DNA of 64,000 nt, from NCBI GenBank assembly GCA_951406725.2, contig OX597831.1:77748001-77812000 (forward strand), written 5' to 3'. The notes under the pieces are model-generated. The model worked only from the letters and a program-made list of their open reading frames with translations. It made no database searches and was not told the DNA's origin. The position numbers were made by a program, and so were the translations under genes. Origin of the DNA: Octopus vulgaris. Lineage: Eukaryota. Of the stretch, positions 52,411 to 64,000 are shown piece after piece. Position 1 is the first letter of the stretch. Every line of letters starts with the position of its first letter.

Positions 52411-52697
52411 TTTATTCATTATATTGGCCATAAAAGGCCTTACATAGAAGGGAAGCTGCGGGCTGGACATAGACATACTGTTATATGAAATGGCAAATGA
52501 AAATGATGATAAATGAGGGCAACGCCCGCCGATTGCTGCTTACCCGAGAACATGATCTTTTATATTTCATTCACGAGGCAACGGACCTCTTGCATTTTTC
52601 ACAATTCAATAACAAAAATGAGACACTAAGCCTCTTACCTTTATTTTGAACTTTCATGCTCGACCAGGCTCCTCGCCTCATTCAAGCACCTGGATTT

Positions 52698-52922
52698 TTT
52701 TATTGCCCACAAGGGGCTAAACGTAGAGGGGACAAACAAGGACAGACAGAGGAATTAAATCGATTATATCGACCCAAGTGCGTAACTGGTACTTAATTTA
52801 TCGACCCCGAAAGGATGAAAGGCAAAGTCGACCTCGGCGGAAATTGAACTCAGAACGTAGCGGCAGACGAAATACGGCTAAGCATTTCGACCGGCTTGCT
52901 AACGTTTCTGCCAGCTCACCTG
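52698..52922 (-). mobile_element. SINE 'B' with AATAAA/poly(A) end
   Basis: Reverse-complement match. Confidence 0.9.
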
Positions 52923-53421
52923 CTAAAGTCGGGCCGCTTTAAGAAGCAAGCTTCTTATCACACGGCTACGCCTCTCACAGAGTCTGGTTAGGAGAAACCT
53001 TGAGCTGCCGCTGTGTGTCTACAGCGAGAACATTTCTTCACCATAAAATACAGTGAATAGCTTCCTTACCATTTCGAATATACCTCAAGCATATTTAAAC
53101 TGGAGACACGTTTGCATTTAAGCTGTGTTATACAATGGTTTTCCATAGGAACGGACTATGGATTCGAGTGTTATTGTGGGAAAGGTCTTCAGGTGTGATA
53201 TCCGTAGTTATTGGCGTCGTTGCCATGTATGTTTTTGTTGTTATTGTTGTATATATTGCGCATCAGCTCAGTTTCTGATCCCGGAAGCCCATGCTACGTG
53301 AGTTTTCATCCGAATGTTGGGTGAAACGGCTAAATATATCTTGTATCACCCACTTTTGACTTGTTTCAGTGATTAGACAGCTACCAAGCAGCGGCACCGC
53401 TTGAAAGGGGCGTAGCTGAAC

Positions 53422-53458
<37 letters not shown>

Positions 53459-53603
53459 GGTTTGGAGGTGACACACCCACACACTCTCTCTCTCTCTCAC
53501 TTTCTCCCCATTCCTCACCCTCTTTTACTATCCTATATCTTTCTCCACCCCTACACACTCAATAATACTATAAAAAGAGACGAATCCTCTCAAACAAATT
53601 CAA

Positions 53604-53640
53604 ATCTGAAGAATCTGCTAGAGTAGATGCAAGCGATAAT
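53604..53640 (+). ncRNA. Decayed hammerhead-like motif in a (TA)n-inserted element (53453-53720)
   Basis: CTGAAGA atctgct ag agtagat GCAA gcga TA at: canonical 5' core and 7-bp stem II, GAAA mutated. Confidence 0.45.
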
Positions 53641-54062
53641 ATATGATTTATAAAAACAAGTGACATATTAATAAAAATCTGTAAATGTACAACCATCCTG
53701 ATTTCTGAGTAACTAATATATGTATACATATATATTCAAAGGCCTGATACTAACCCTATCGTTCTCTTTTGCTGAAATGTTAAGTTACAAAAAAGTAAAC
53801 ACCGGTTGTCAAGTAGTGATGGAAGCGAAGTGAAACACTAAGACACATACGTATAGACGACGGTGTTCTTTCAGTTTCCGTCTAATAAATCTACTCGGAA
53901 TATTTTAGTCGGCCCCAAACACTATAGAAGACATTTGCCCAACGTGTTACACAGTGGGGTTGAACCCGGAACCATATGTGTGAGAAGCAAATTGTTTATC
54001 GCTCAGCAACGCTCACGTCCATAAAGTATAAAATGATATATTTTTATTTTTTTAAATTTCAA

Positions 54063-54480
54063 TTTTTTTATTGCCCACAAAGGGCTAAACAGAGAGGGGA
54101 CAAACAAGGACAGACAAACGGATTAAGTCGATTATATCGACCCCCGTGCCTAACTGGTACTTAATTTATCGACCCAGAAAGGATGAAAGGCAAAGTTTAC
54201 CTCGGCGGAATTTGAACTCAGAAAGTAGCAGCAGATGAAATACCTATTTCTTTACTACCCACAAGGGGCTAAACATAGGGGGGGGGACAAACAAGGACAG
54301 ACAAACGGATTAAGTCGATTACATCGACCCCAGTGCGTAACTGGTACTTATTTAATCGACCCTGAAAGGATGAAAGGTAAAGTTGACCTCGGCGGAATTT
54401 GAACTCAGAACGTAGGGGCAGACGAAATACTGCTAAGCGTTTCACCCTGCGTGCTAACGTTTCTGCCAGCTCGCTACCTT
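54063..54480 (-). mobile_element. SINE 'B' dimer
   Basis: Internal junction GGTAGTAAAGAAATAG|GTATTTC; terminal GGGCAATAAAAAA. Confidence 0.9.
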
Positions 54481-54847
54481 TTCTAAATTGATATATTTGG
54501 CTCTGGCAGAATGGCGAAAATAAGAGGGAGAAAAAGCAAGAGAGAAAGAAAGTGAGTGAGTGAGAGAGAGAGAGAAGGGAAAGGAGTAGAGAGAGACTCA
54601 GGCAGAGAGACAGGCAGACAGGCACACAGGCAAAGAGACAGCACTCTGTTGGTTTCGTATCAGACTTTTGCCAGCTGACATTATTAATGTAAAGTTAATA
54701 TGTTGTGCAGTGAGACGAACTACAAAATCAGGGTTCAAATAAGGCCAGAAATACTGAACTTAATAACTTAACATCATTGACGTACTCTCTCTCTCTCTCC
54801 CCTCTCTCTCTCTCCCTCTCTCTCCCTCTCTTCCCCTCTCTCTCTCC

Positions 54848-54879
<32 letters not shown>

Positions 54880-55205
54880 ATTTTTCTCTAAATATATATA
54901 TGTATGTGCGCATACATTATGTGTGTGTACATGTACCTAATACGTGTACATACTCACTCACACACACACACACACACACACGTATACTCACAGAGAGAAG
55001 TGACAGAGAGGGAGAGGGAGAGGGAGAGAGAGAAAAGGGGGAAGAGAGTGTGTGCACGCTTAATAAAAGGACGTGTGTTCCTATATATTTGCGCGTGTAT
55101 CTCTCCCCTTTAACGGTAAGACAACATATATATCTATCGCCATGTTGGACCACTGAACTCAACACATTATTTTTCATTGTGTTTCCATTTATTTCCTCTT
55201 ATTCG

Positions 55206-55239
55206 TTTCTGTCGAAGAGCGTAGGCTCGAAACGTAAAA
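55206..55239 (+). ncRNA. Minimal hammerhead-like motif (U at position 6, extra A after A9) in a roughly 200-bp element (55136-55330)
   Basis: ttt CTGTCGA A gagc gtag gctc GAAA CG TA aaa; second copy at 62235-62273. Confidence 0.55.
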
Positions 55240-55373
55240 GACTTTTCCATTTTTCCCGAGCGTCAAACTAATACACTTCCTTGTTATCCCTGCACTTGCC
55301 TTCGTCTTTGTTTCTCTATAAATTTGGACTATATACATCTATCTATCTACCTATCTATCTATCATCCTGTCTG

Positions 55374-55429
<56 letters not shown>

Positions 55430-55442
55430 CCTACCTACCTAC

Positions 55443-55487
<45 letters not shown>

Positions 55488-55804
55488 CATCTATCTATCT
55501 ATCTATCTAACTATCTATCTATCTATCTAGTTTGGGATTCAATGGCCCACAGATATATAACTCATTACCAAAACATCTAAGGGCTTTCCATGGGGTGGGG
55601 GTAGATGTTTTCTAGAAACAACTTGACCTATTGCTATCCAAGAACCCAGATGAACCAATATCAAGACAGGAGACTCAAAAGAAGGTAGGGGTATCGAACT
55701 CCTTCACCAAAGGTATCCCTCCTTCACCAAAAGATAATCTCATAGAATTGGCCAATTAAAAAGGTTATTACACTGGCCACAGCCTCAGGGCTGAAACATA
55801 TACG

Positions 55805-55871
<67 letters not shown>

Positions 55872-56946
55872 ACCGTGTACCTGTATTGGCAATGTCAATT
55901 TAATGAAGGGAATGAGCTCAATGTGCAACACAGACATTTCATCACTAGAAACGAATGATCTGTGAATGAAATTGTAGAATCGTCTTTGTCGAACTACGCC
56001 ATTAAATTCAACCGCCATTACATTCAACAACAATAACAACAACAACAACAACTGCTGCTGTTGCTGCTGCTACTGCTACTACTACTGCTACTGCTGCTGC
56101 TAGTTGGTTATAGTTGTGGTAGTGAAAAGGATTGTTATCATTGCCATACTGCTACTGATATAGGTCCCATTTGTTATTATTTCTGCTGCTGCTGCTGCTG
56201 CCCCTACTGCTGCTGCTCCTACTGCTATGGCTGCTGCAAATGCTGCTGGTACTGTTTAATTATGTTTCCCCCACCCGCCCACTCCGTTCTTCGACTTTGA
56301 TTTCGTCTCCTTTGAAGTTTCCAATCGTTTTGCTTCGTTCGTCGGATTGCGTTAGATTCAGATTGTTTTCTTGCTGTTGTTATTTAAATTGGTTTTTAAT
56401 AATGAACTAGTTTTAATAATTAATTACCACGTTGACATCCTGACATAGCGATTAACACAAGTTTTCACCTCAGTGGCATTACATTGAAAATTATTGGGTT
56501 TATACATACATACATACACACTCACACACACACACACATATATATAAAGAATCCAGCATCGGTTGTCTAGCAGTGGTGACACACACAGAGATAAAGTCGC
56601 ATGCACACACATATATATATACACACACACACACATGCATATATGTATACACACAGGAACAAGATAGACTTTTTTCAGTTTCCGTCTACCACATCTACTC
56701 ACAAGTCTTTGGTCGGCCCACGATATACTAACAAATACTTATCTAAAGTGTCACGCAGCAGAAGTGAACTGGAAACCATGTAGCTGGGATGCAAAGATCA
56801 CGCCGCTCAGCCATCCTTCCTGCACTCTACGATCTCAGTTCAGACTGATACCAGTAATTAACCATGCTTAATTTCATTGATCCTAAAGCAACAATAGCCA
56901 AAAATTAACTTCAATAGAAAATACGCTCAGAACATAAGAGCTGCTA

Positions 56947-57420
56947 AGGCAGCCAGCCGGGAGAAACGTTAGCACACCGGGCGAAATGCTTAGAAGTATT
57001 TCGTCTGTCTTTACGTTCTGAGTTCAAATTCCGCAGAGGTCAACTTTGCCTTTCATCCTTTCGGGGTCGATTAAATACGTACCAGTTACGCATTGGGGTC
57101 GATATAATCGACTTAATCCGTTTGTCCGTTGTTGTTTGTCCCCTCTGTGTGTTGCCCTTTGTGGGCAATAAAGAAATAAGAACATAAGATCTGCAACTAA
57201 AATATTGGTTTCAAATTTTGGCACAAAGCCAGCAATTCCAGGTCAGCGTGTATGTCGATGACATCGACCCCAGCGTTCAACTGGTACTTATTTTATCGAC
57301 CTAGAAAGGATCAAATACAAAGTCGACCTAGGTGAACTTGAACTCAGAACATAAAGGCGGATGATATACTGCCAAGCATTTTGTCCGGCGTGCTATCAAT
57401 TCTGCCAACTCACCGCCTTA
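56947..57420. mobile_element. Adjacent inverted pair of SINE 'B' copies
   Basis: 56947-57180 (+, TSD AGAACATAAGA(G/T)CTGC) and about 57215-57420 (-). Confidence 0.8.
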
Positions 57421-57821
57421 GACATAACTACATCTTGCAATGTGCTTTATCGAAGGGTTCTCTCAGTCTATAAGTTTTAGAGATAGTATCTAATCAAATG
57501 ATTCTACCCCAGAATTTAACTGGTACTTCATTTATTAACTCCGGAAAGATAATAGGTGATGTTGACCTTACTGAGATTCGAACTCGAGTAAAAGGAATTA
57601 ACAGCATAGAGAAAGAAATTTAGTTTGTATTTTTCTCAACATCATAACATGATGAACCTGTGAATGCGTGTGGCTTAGTGGTTAGTCTTAGTGGATTGTA
57701 AGAAATTATTGCTTTACTTGTGCAGGTGTTGAGTAAAGGACCAGGCTAAATGATGACGTTTCATCCTATATATATATATATACATACTTACATATAGGAG
57801 ACCAAAGTGTACATGCGCCAT

Positions 57822-57861
<40 letters not shown>

Positions 57862-58061
57862 GTATATGTATGTATGTATGCATGTATGCATATATATACG
57901 TATGTATGTACGCATGTATGGATTTATGCAACTGAGGATCGCCCTGCATTTAAATTGATGTAATGGTTGCATTGTTCAATTAAATGGAGTCGCTTGAAAC
58001 AATCGTACTGCATTACCTCTGGATATCTTGTTGCTTACTTTGATTTATATATATATATATA

Positions 58062-58496
58062 TCACTTTGACCGACCAGTCCGTCAGGCGTCCATTTGATA
58101 CCGCTGGTCACAGCACGCTGTCCACTCCTCTCTGGATCGCGCCTTTCTCATCCACGTGATCCCAATCGTCCTCTTGAAATCGTCACTCCACCGTCGTGGA
58201 GGTCTTCCGGGTGGCTTTTCCGCTCACGCGTGTACCACTCGACAACTGCGTGCGTCCACCGATTATCGGTGAGCCGGGCGACGTGTCCAGCCCATCTATA
58301 CTTGCTGCGAGTATACTCTGCGATGACATCTCTCACGCCGGACTTCTTTCTGATGATCTCTCTACTGATGTGCTCTCTCAACGAGATACCAAGCATTGAC
58401 CTTTCCATGGATCTTTGAGCTGTTACCAGTCTTTGCTCTTCTCTCTTTGTGGTAGCCCATGTTTCACTACCATATAACATTGCAGGCAGAACTGCA
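58062..58496 (-). mobile_element. 5'-truncated RTE-clade LINE in (TA)n, same family as 35764-36433
   Basis: MLYGSETWATTKREEQRLVTAQRSMERSMLG..KYRWAGHVARLTDNRWT; about 5 differences in about 180 bp versus the other copy (counted by eye). Confidence 0.92.
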
Positions 58497-59606
58497 TATA
58501 TATATATATATTAAATGAATAAATGAAAGAATGGAGTCGAACGAAGATTTTAACAAAATTCCTTTACTTTCAACATATGTTTCGAAGACTGCATATTCTT
58601 AATTCCGAAGGAATAAAGGGTGCATTATACACAAATTACCACACAAGAACACGGGGTTTCTACCCTTGGCATGTAGCTACAACCATGTTTTCTAACGTGA
58701 TTTTGCTACCCAGGTATCGATTAACCGAATTATCAATACTAGGATAATTCATTCACCTATTTATATATATATATATATATATATACACACTGATGAACGT
58801 TATATGCCATTGTTATGATGCTCTGTGCACAAAAATATTTACCTCACATCGGCTTAGGGGCCACCAATCAGCAACTCAACAGAAGATCGTTGAAAACAGA
58901 GGATTGAAGTTCTATTTGTCTTATATTTTGCGTTCGAATTGAACTCGCCTCTACTTTCAAATGCGTCGTACCCGCCAGCTTTGTCTCTTTCAGCCAAATT
59001 GCAAACACACATCACATTGTATCGGTTAATTTTCGAGGTAGTCACGACCTCGCACTTCTGCGCATTTAGGCCTGCGTAGATTCGATTTCCGATATAGTCG
59101 TTTCCATGACTCCTACATGTACCAGCGCAATGTATTGATTTCTTTTTGTTATTTGTTTTTCTTTCCTTTGTTGTTGTTGTTGTCTGGAGACAATTGTTTA
59201 ATCATCTCTCTCTCTCTCTCTCTCTCTACCTCACTCACTCTCTTTCTTTACATCTTTTTTTCTTCATTTTTAAATTAAATTCCTGGTTGACCTGACCTCA
59301 CTCGTGAACGCCACCAGGAAGTTCAAGTAATTAATCTTGTGAATCGCAGTTGTGGTTTTATTTTATTTTATTCTCTTCTAATTTATTTTTGTTCAAGAAA
59401 GGTCATGGACAAATTTTACTCTTCTACGTCTGTCTTCTTCTATTACACTTTGTCATTTACTCCAAAGACTTTCTACCGGAACAAAACATCAACTTCAATA
59501 TTTATTTCTATGTTTCACTAATTTTCAAATAAAATAATAATAATTTTTTTTTTTGGCTTTAATTTTGAGTTTCGAAATGAAAACTTTGTCATTATTTACA
59601 ACTGTT

Positions 59607-60170
59607 AAGGCGGCAAGCTGGCAGAAACGTTAGCACGCCGGGCGAAATGCGTAGCCGTATTTCGTCTGCCGTTACGTTCTGACTTCAAATTCCGCCGAGG
59701 TCGACTTTGCCTTTCATCCTTTCGGGGTCGATTAAATACGTACCAGTTACGCACTGAGGCCGATGTAATCGACTTAATCCCTTTGACTGTTAGCATGCTG
59801 GACGTAATGCTTAGCGGTATCTTGCCCGTCGCTACATTTTGAGTTCAAATTTCGCCGAGATCGACTTTGCCTTGCATCCCTCTCGAGGCCGATAAATTAA
59901 GTACCAGTTACGCACAGAGATCGATCTAATCGACTGGAACCCTCCCCCCACCCAAATGTCAGGCCTTTCAGTGGAAAGGATCATTAACATCTTTAAGGCG
60001 ACGAGCTGCCGAGCGAAATGCTTAGCGGCATTTCGTCTGTATCAACGTTCTGAGTTCAAATTCCGCCAAGGTAGAGTTTCATCCTCTCAGGGTCGTTAGA
60101 ATAAGTATGAGTCGATGTAATCAACTTATCCATTTTCACGAAATTGCTGGACTTGTATCAAACATTTGAA
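59607..60170 (+). mobile_element. Three tandem SINE 'B' monomers
   Basis: Cores near 59710, 59870 and 60078. Confidence 0.85.
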
Positions 60171-60181
60171 ACCCTTATTAA

Positions 60182-60313
60182 CCCATTTTTACACAGGTTA
60201 ACCCTGTCGAAATTTTGGAAATAGTTAATATGCGGAAGCGTCTAGTTAACCATTATTGCAGTAAATAAACCAAATACAACTGTCCTCAAACGAGGACAGT
60301 GGGTTAATATGGG
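60182..60313. mobile_element. Short piggyBac-like MITE
   Basis: TTAA|CCCATTTTTAC ... GTTAATATGGG|TTAA with subterminal hairpin ACTGTCCTC-AAAC-GAGGACAGT. Confidence 0.65.
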
Positions 60314-60407
60314 TTAACATCTCTGAGGTGCCGAGCTGGTAGAATCGGTATTAAGTCGAACACAATGCTTAGTAGCATTTCTTCCGGAGAATACACACAC
60401 AGATGTG

Positions 60408-60528
<121 letters not shown>

Positions 60529-61305
60529 ATATTTGTATATACATACATATATACATAAAAACTGGTGTAAATACGTACGGAGGTTTCAAATAGTGAAAGT
60601 TTAACTAACCAAACGGCAGTGCCCCAACATGGCCGCAGCTCTGGAGCTGCAACTAGTAAAAAAAATAGAGGAATACATACCCAAAGACTTCTTTCAGTTT
60701 CCGTCTACCAAATCTACTCACATGGGTTTGGTCGGCCCGGAATTATAGTAGAAGATACTTGCCCAATATGTCAGGCAGTGGGACTGAACTTGGAACCATG
60801 TGGCTGGAAGTTAATCTTCTTGTCACAGAGCCACGCTTATGAGTTGTTGTATTTCCGTTTCTACTTCTACCTTTTAATCCTCTCATCATCATCATCATCA
60901 TCGCATCCTGATCCTCCTCACTTCTTTATCAGTATGGCAGCCAGTATGAAATGTCGAAGGTCAGATAGTACATCTGTAGCAGCTGACACCTGTTTCATGG
61001 AGGTTTTGAAATAACCCGCGTTCGCTAGTGCAGAAGAAATTACGCTGAGATTGTGGGTCACCTGCAAAGATACCCCGACTCTGAACAAAGGATAGGAATC
61101 TCTCTTTTATTTGGTACATCTTATTGCACCACAACGCACAGCTATGCGTCGTGGCAGTCTCCGCACCTTGATATAAGATAAGCCACATGGCGCTCATAGT
61201 TTTCTAAGGACCTCACATTCTTCGGTGATGATGCTTCAACTTGATATATCAGCGAGGTATATTTAGAGCGTGTTTTCCTGTCTTTATTATCAAAAGTTAT
61301 ACGCA

Positions 61306-61350
<45 letters not shown>

Positions 61351-61653
61351 CTATATATCTATAGTCCTGTTATTTGCCTTTGTATTTCTGTCACATTTCT
61401 CCGTTTTTTTGCCCGTCCTTGATTTCGTATACATTCGCTGCTTTCTTCCAAGGAATCTAGCGCACTTAGCTTAGTTTTTCCTTGGGGCTGGACGGATTTG
61501 AGCAATCTCGAGTATAACCAGCCGAAATTGAAAAGATAATCTGGAACTCGACTGAGGAAAGTAAACTCCAAATGACCCGTCCTTGTTTTTTCTTGTCCCT
61601 TTTTTGTACCGTCTGTCTAGATGTTTTGTGTTCTTCTCCCATATTTTATATTC

Positions 61654-61702
<49 letters not shown>

Positions 61703-61704
<2 letters not shown>

Positions 61705-61867
61705 CGCAGGAGTCGCTGTGTGGTAAGTAGCTTGTTTACCAACCACATGGTTCCGGGTTCAGTCCCACTGCGTGGCACCTTGGGCAAGTGTCTTCTACTA
61801 TAGCCTCGGGCCGACCAAAGCCTTGTGAGTGGATTTGGTAGACGGAAACTGAAAGAAGCCTGTCGTA

Positions 61868-61915
<48 letters not shown>

Positions 61916-62146
61916 TGTGTGTGTATGTGTTTGTGAGTCTGTGTTTGTCCCCCTAGCATTGCTTGACAACCGATGCTGGTGTGTTTACGTCCCCGTCACT
62001 TAGCGGTTCGGCAAAAGAGACCGATAGAACAAGTACTGGGCTTACAAAGAATAAGTCCCGGGGTCGATTTGCTCGACTAAAGGCGGTGCTATAGCATGGC
62101 CGCAGTCAAATGACTGAAACAAGTAAAAGAGTAAAAGAGTAAAGAG
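61703..62146 (+). mobile_element. Full-length young SINE 'A'
   Basis: Complete head, internal microsatellite and tail. Confidence 0.95.
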
Positions 62147-62234
62147 TATATATATGCGTATCATTCGCCATATTGGACTGCTGAACTATAGACGTTTTTT
62201 TTTTTAAATTCTCGCTCTATATATTTCGTCTTAT

Positions 62235-62273
62235 TCCTTTCTGCTAAAGATCGTAGCCTCGAAACGTAAAGGA
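62235..62273 (+). ncRNA. Decayed second copy of the 55206 hammerhead-like motif (element 62166-62370)
   Basis: tccttt CTGCTAA A gatc gtag cctc GAAA CG TA aagga. Confidence 0.4.
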
Positions 62274-62383
62274 CATTTTCATTTTTCCCGAGCGTCCAAC
62301 TAATAAACTTCCTTGCTGTTCACACACCTGTCTTCGTATTTTGTTTTATGTTCTATAAATTTCAACTATATATATGTACATAT

Positions 62384-62548
<165 letters not shown>

Positions 62549-62596
62549 AAACAAGTCAAAATAGAAAATGCTAAAATAATTTTCTAAAGAACATTT

Positions 62597-62634
62597 CAGT
62601 ACTGGTTTCGGTCATTTTGAGACCTTTTCAACTG
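62597..62634 (-). ncRNA. Second copy of the U3-A8 hammerhead-like motif (element 62545-62725)
   Basis: Minus strand: cag TTGAAAA ggtc tcaaaat gacc GAAA CCAG TA ctg. Confidence 0.72.
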
Positions 62635-62758
62635 TAACGATTAAATAATTAAATTTAGAAAAAGTTCTTTTAAAAGGAATATTCGTATAGTGTTCAAATA
62701 TAAGTGGCATTCTGCCTTTCTCTGTCTCCCTTGTTTGCACTTGTGTGTTCGAGGCCGT

Positions 62759-62823
<65 letters not shown>

Positions 62824-62833
62824 ATTGATAGAT

Positions 62834-62917
<84 letters not shown>

Positions 62918-63189
62918 CACACTGCACGCGTGTGTGTGTATTTCTATGTGTGTGATTTTTTCCCCACTCACCATTTAAAAATCCTAAAGAGTTCCTTTCA
63001 ACACACGGCCATAATGCTCCTCCACTACTATCTTGACCAGAGATGCACGTCTCATCAGCCACTGAGAGACATGCTCAACTGGTTAAGATCAAGCAAATGA
63101 CAAGCAAATCTCTGGTACTGAGCAGAATATTTGCTGTAGCTCATCTTGTACACCAAAACAAAACAATGTACATGTTAATACCTCCACTA

Positions 63190-63539
63190 GTGGAGGCGCA
63201 ATGGCCCAGTGGTTAGGGCAGCGGACTCGCGGTCATAAGATCGCGGTTTCGATTCCACCTAAAAGCTCCACGAGGCTCCGGCAGGGGATGGTGGTGATCC
63301 CTGCTGTACTCTTTCACCACAACTTTCTCTCACTCTTACTTCCTGTTTCTGTTGTGCCTGTATTTCAAAGGGTCAGCCTTGTCACTCTCTGTGTCACGCT
63401 GAATATCCCCGAGAACTACGTTAAGTGTACACGTGTCTGTGGAGTGCTCAGCCACTTACACGTTAATTTCACGAGCAGGCTGTTCCGTTGATTCGGATCA
63501 ACCGGAACCCTCGTCGTCGTAACCGACGGAGTGCTTCCA
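63190..63539 (+). mobile_element. SINE 'C' with 12-bp TSD
   Basis: AATACCTCCACT on both flanks. Confidence 0.9.
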
Positions 63540-63951
63540 TCCAATACCTCCACTGAGTTAAGAGGCCATGAGAGCCACTACTTGCTGCTGCATCAGATTA
63601 TTATTATTGTCGTTGTTCTTGTTTAAGGTGGCGAGATGTCTGAATCGTTACCGCGCCGGAGAAAATGCCTGCCGGCATTTCGTCCGGCTTTAGAGTCTGA
63701 CTTCCAATTCCACCGAGGACAACTTCGCCTTTCATCGTTTCGGGGAGGGGGGGTCCATGAATTGAGTACCAATTGAGTACAGGTGTCTCGATATAATAGA
63801 ATTATTCCATTTCACGAACTTGCAGGCCTTGTGCCAAAATTTGAAATCGTTATTATCCTTGTATCAATTTCTTTTCGGGGTGGGGGGGGCAAGAAAATAA
63901 AATAGCAGTCACACCCCACACTCCCCCGAGACTTGTTGCCCTTGTGCCAAA

Positions 63952-64000
<49 letters not shown>

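Noticed and set aside
58565-58630. Hammerhead on the minus strand (GAAA-CATATG-UU with a long hairpin)
   Set aside because: The CUGANGA half is absent; at most a truncated remnant, so it was not counted.
61470-61590. Hammerhead in the 42870/61362 repeat family
   Set aside because: GGCTGG/CCAGCC-GAAA and CTGAGGA are present but not in a compatible order and spacing in either copy.

Overview
Eukaryotic, AT-rich, microsatellite-saturated non-coding DNA. The SINE families and repeat landscape look like an Octopus (coleoid cephalopod) genome; this is an inference. No host protein-coding exon can be supported, and almost all listed ORFs are microsatellite or SINE artefacts. The window is a layered record of mobile elements: dozens of tRNA-derived SINE copies (a Nin/Deu-core type 'B', a CORE/V-like type 'A', and a modular C/D group); truncated LINEs (two Tx1/L1-clade, CR1-type, RTE); a Penelope-like (PLE) ORF remnant; a Tc1/mariner (maT-like) remnant; Tigger-like and piggyBac-like MITEs; and a U6 snRNA pseudogene. 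The most striking unexplained signal is about a dozen minimal type I hammerhead-ribozyme-like motifs. They come from several unrelated short elements, sit in (TA)n/(CA)n/(TCTA)n tracts and often lie beside inverted duplications. Several have non-canonical cores (U3-A8, C4, Y6), and one pair shows a compensatory base-pair change. Both main SINE families share 3' tails with LINEs present in the same window (SINE A with CR1-type, SINE B with Tx1-type). All coordinates were read by eye and may be off by a few bases.
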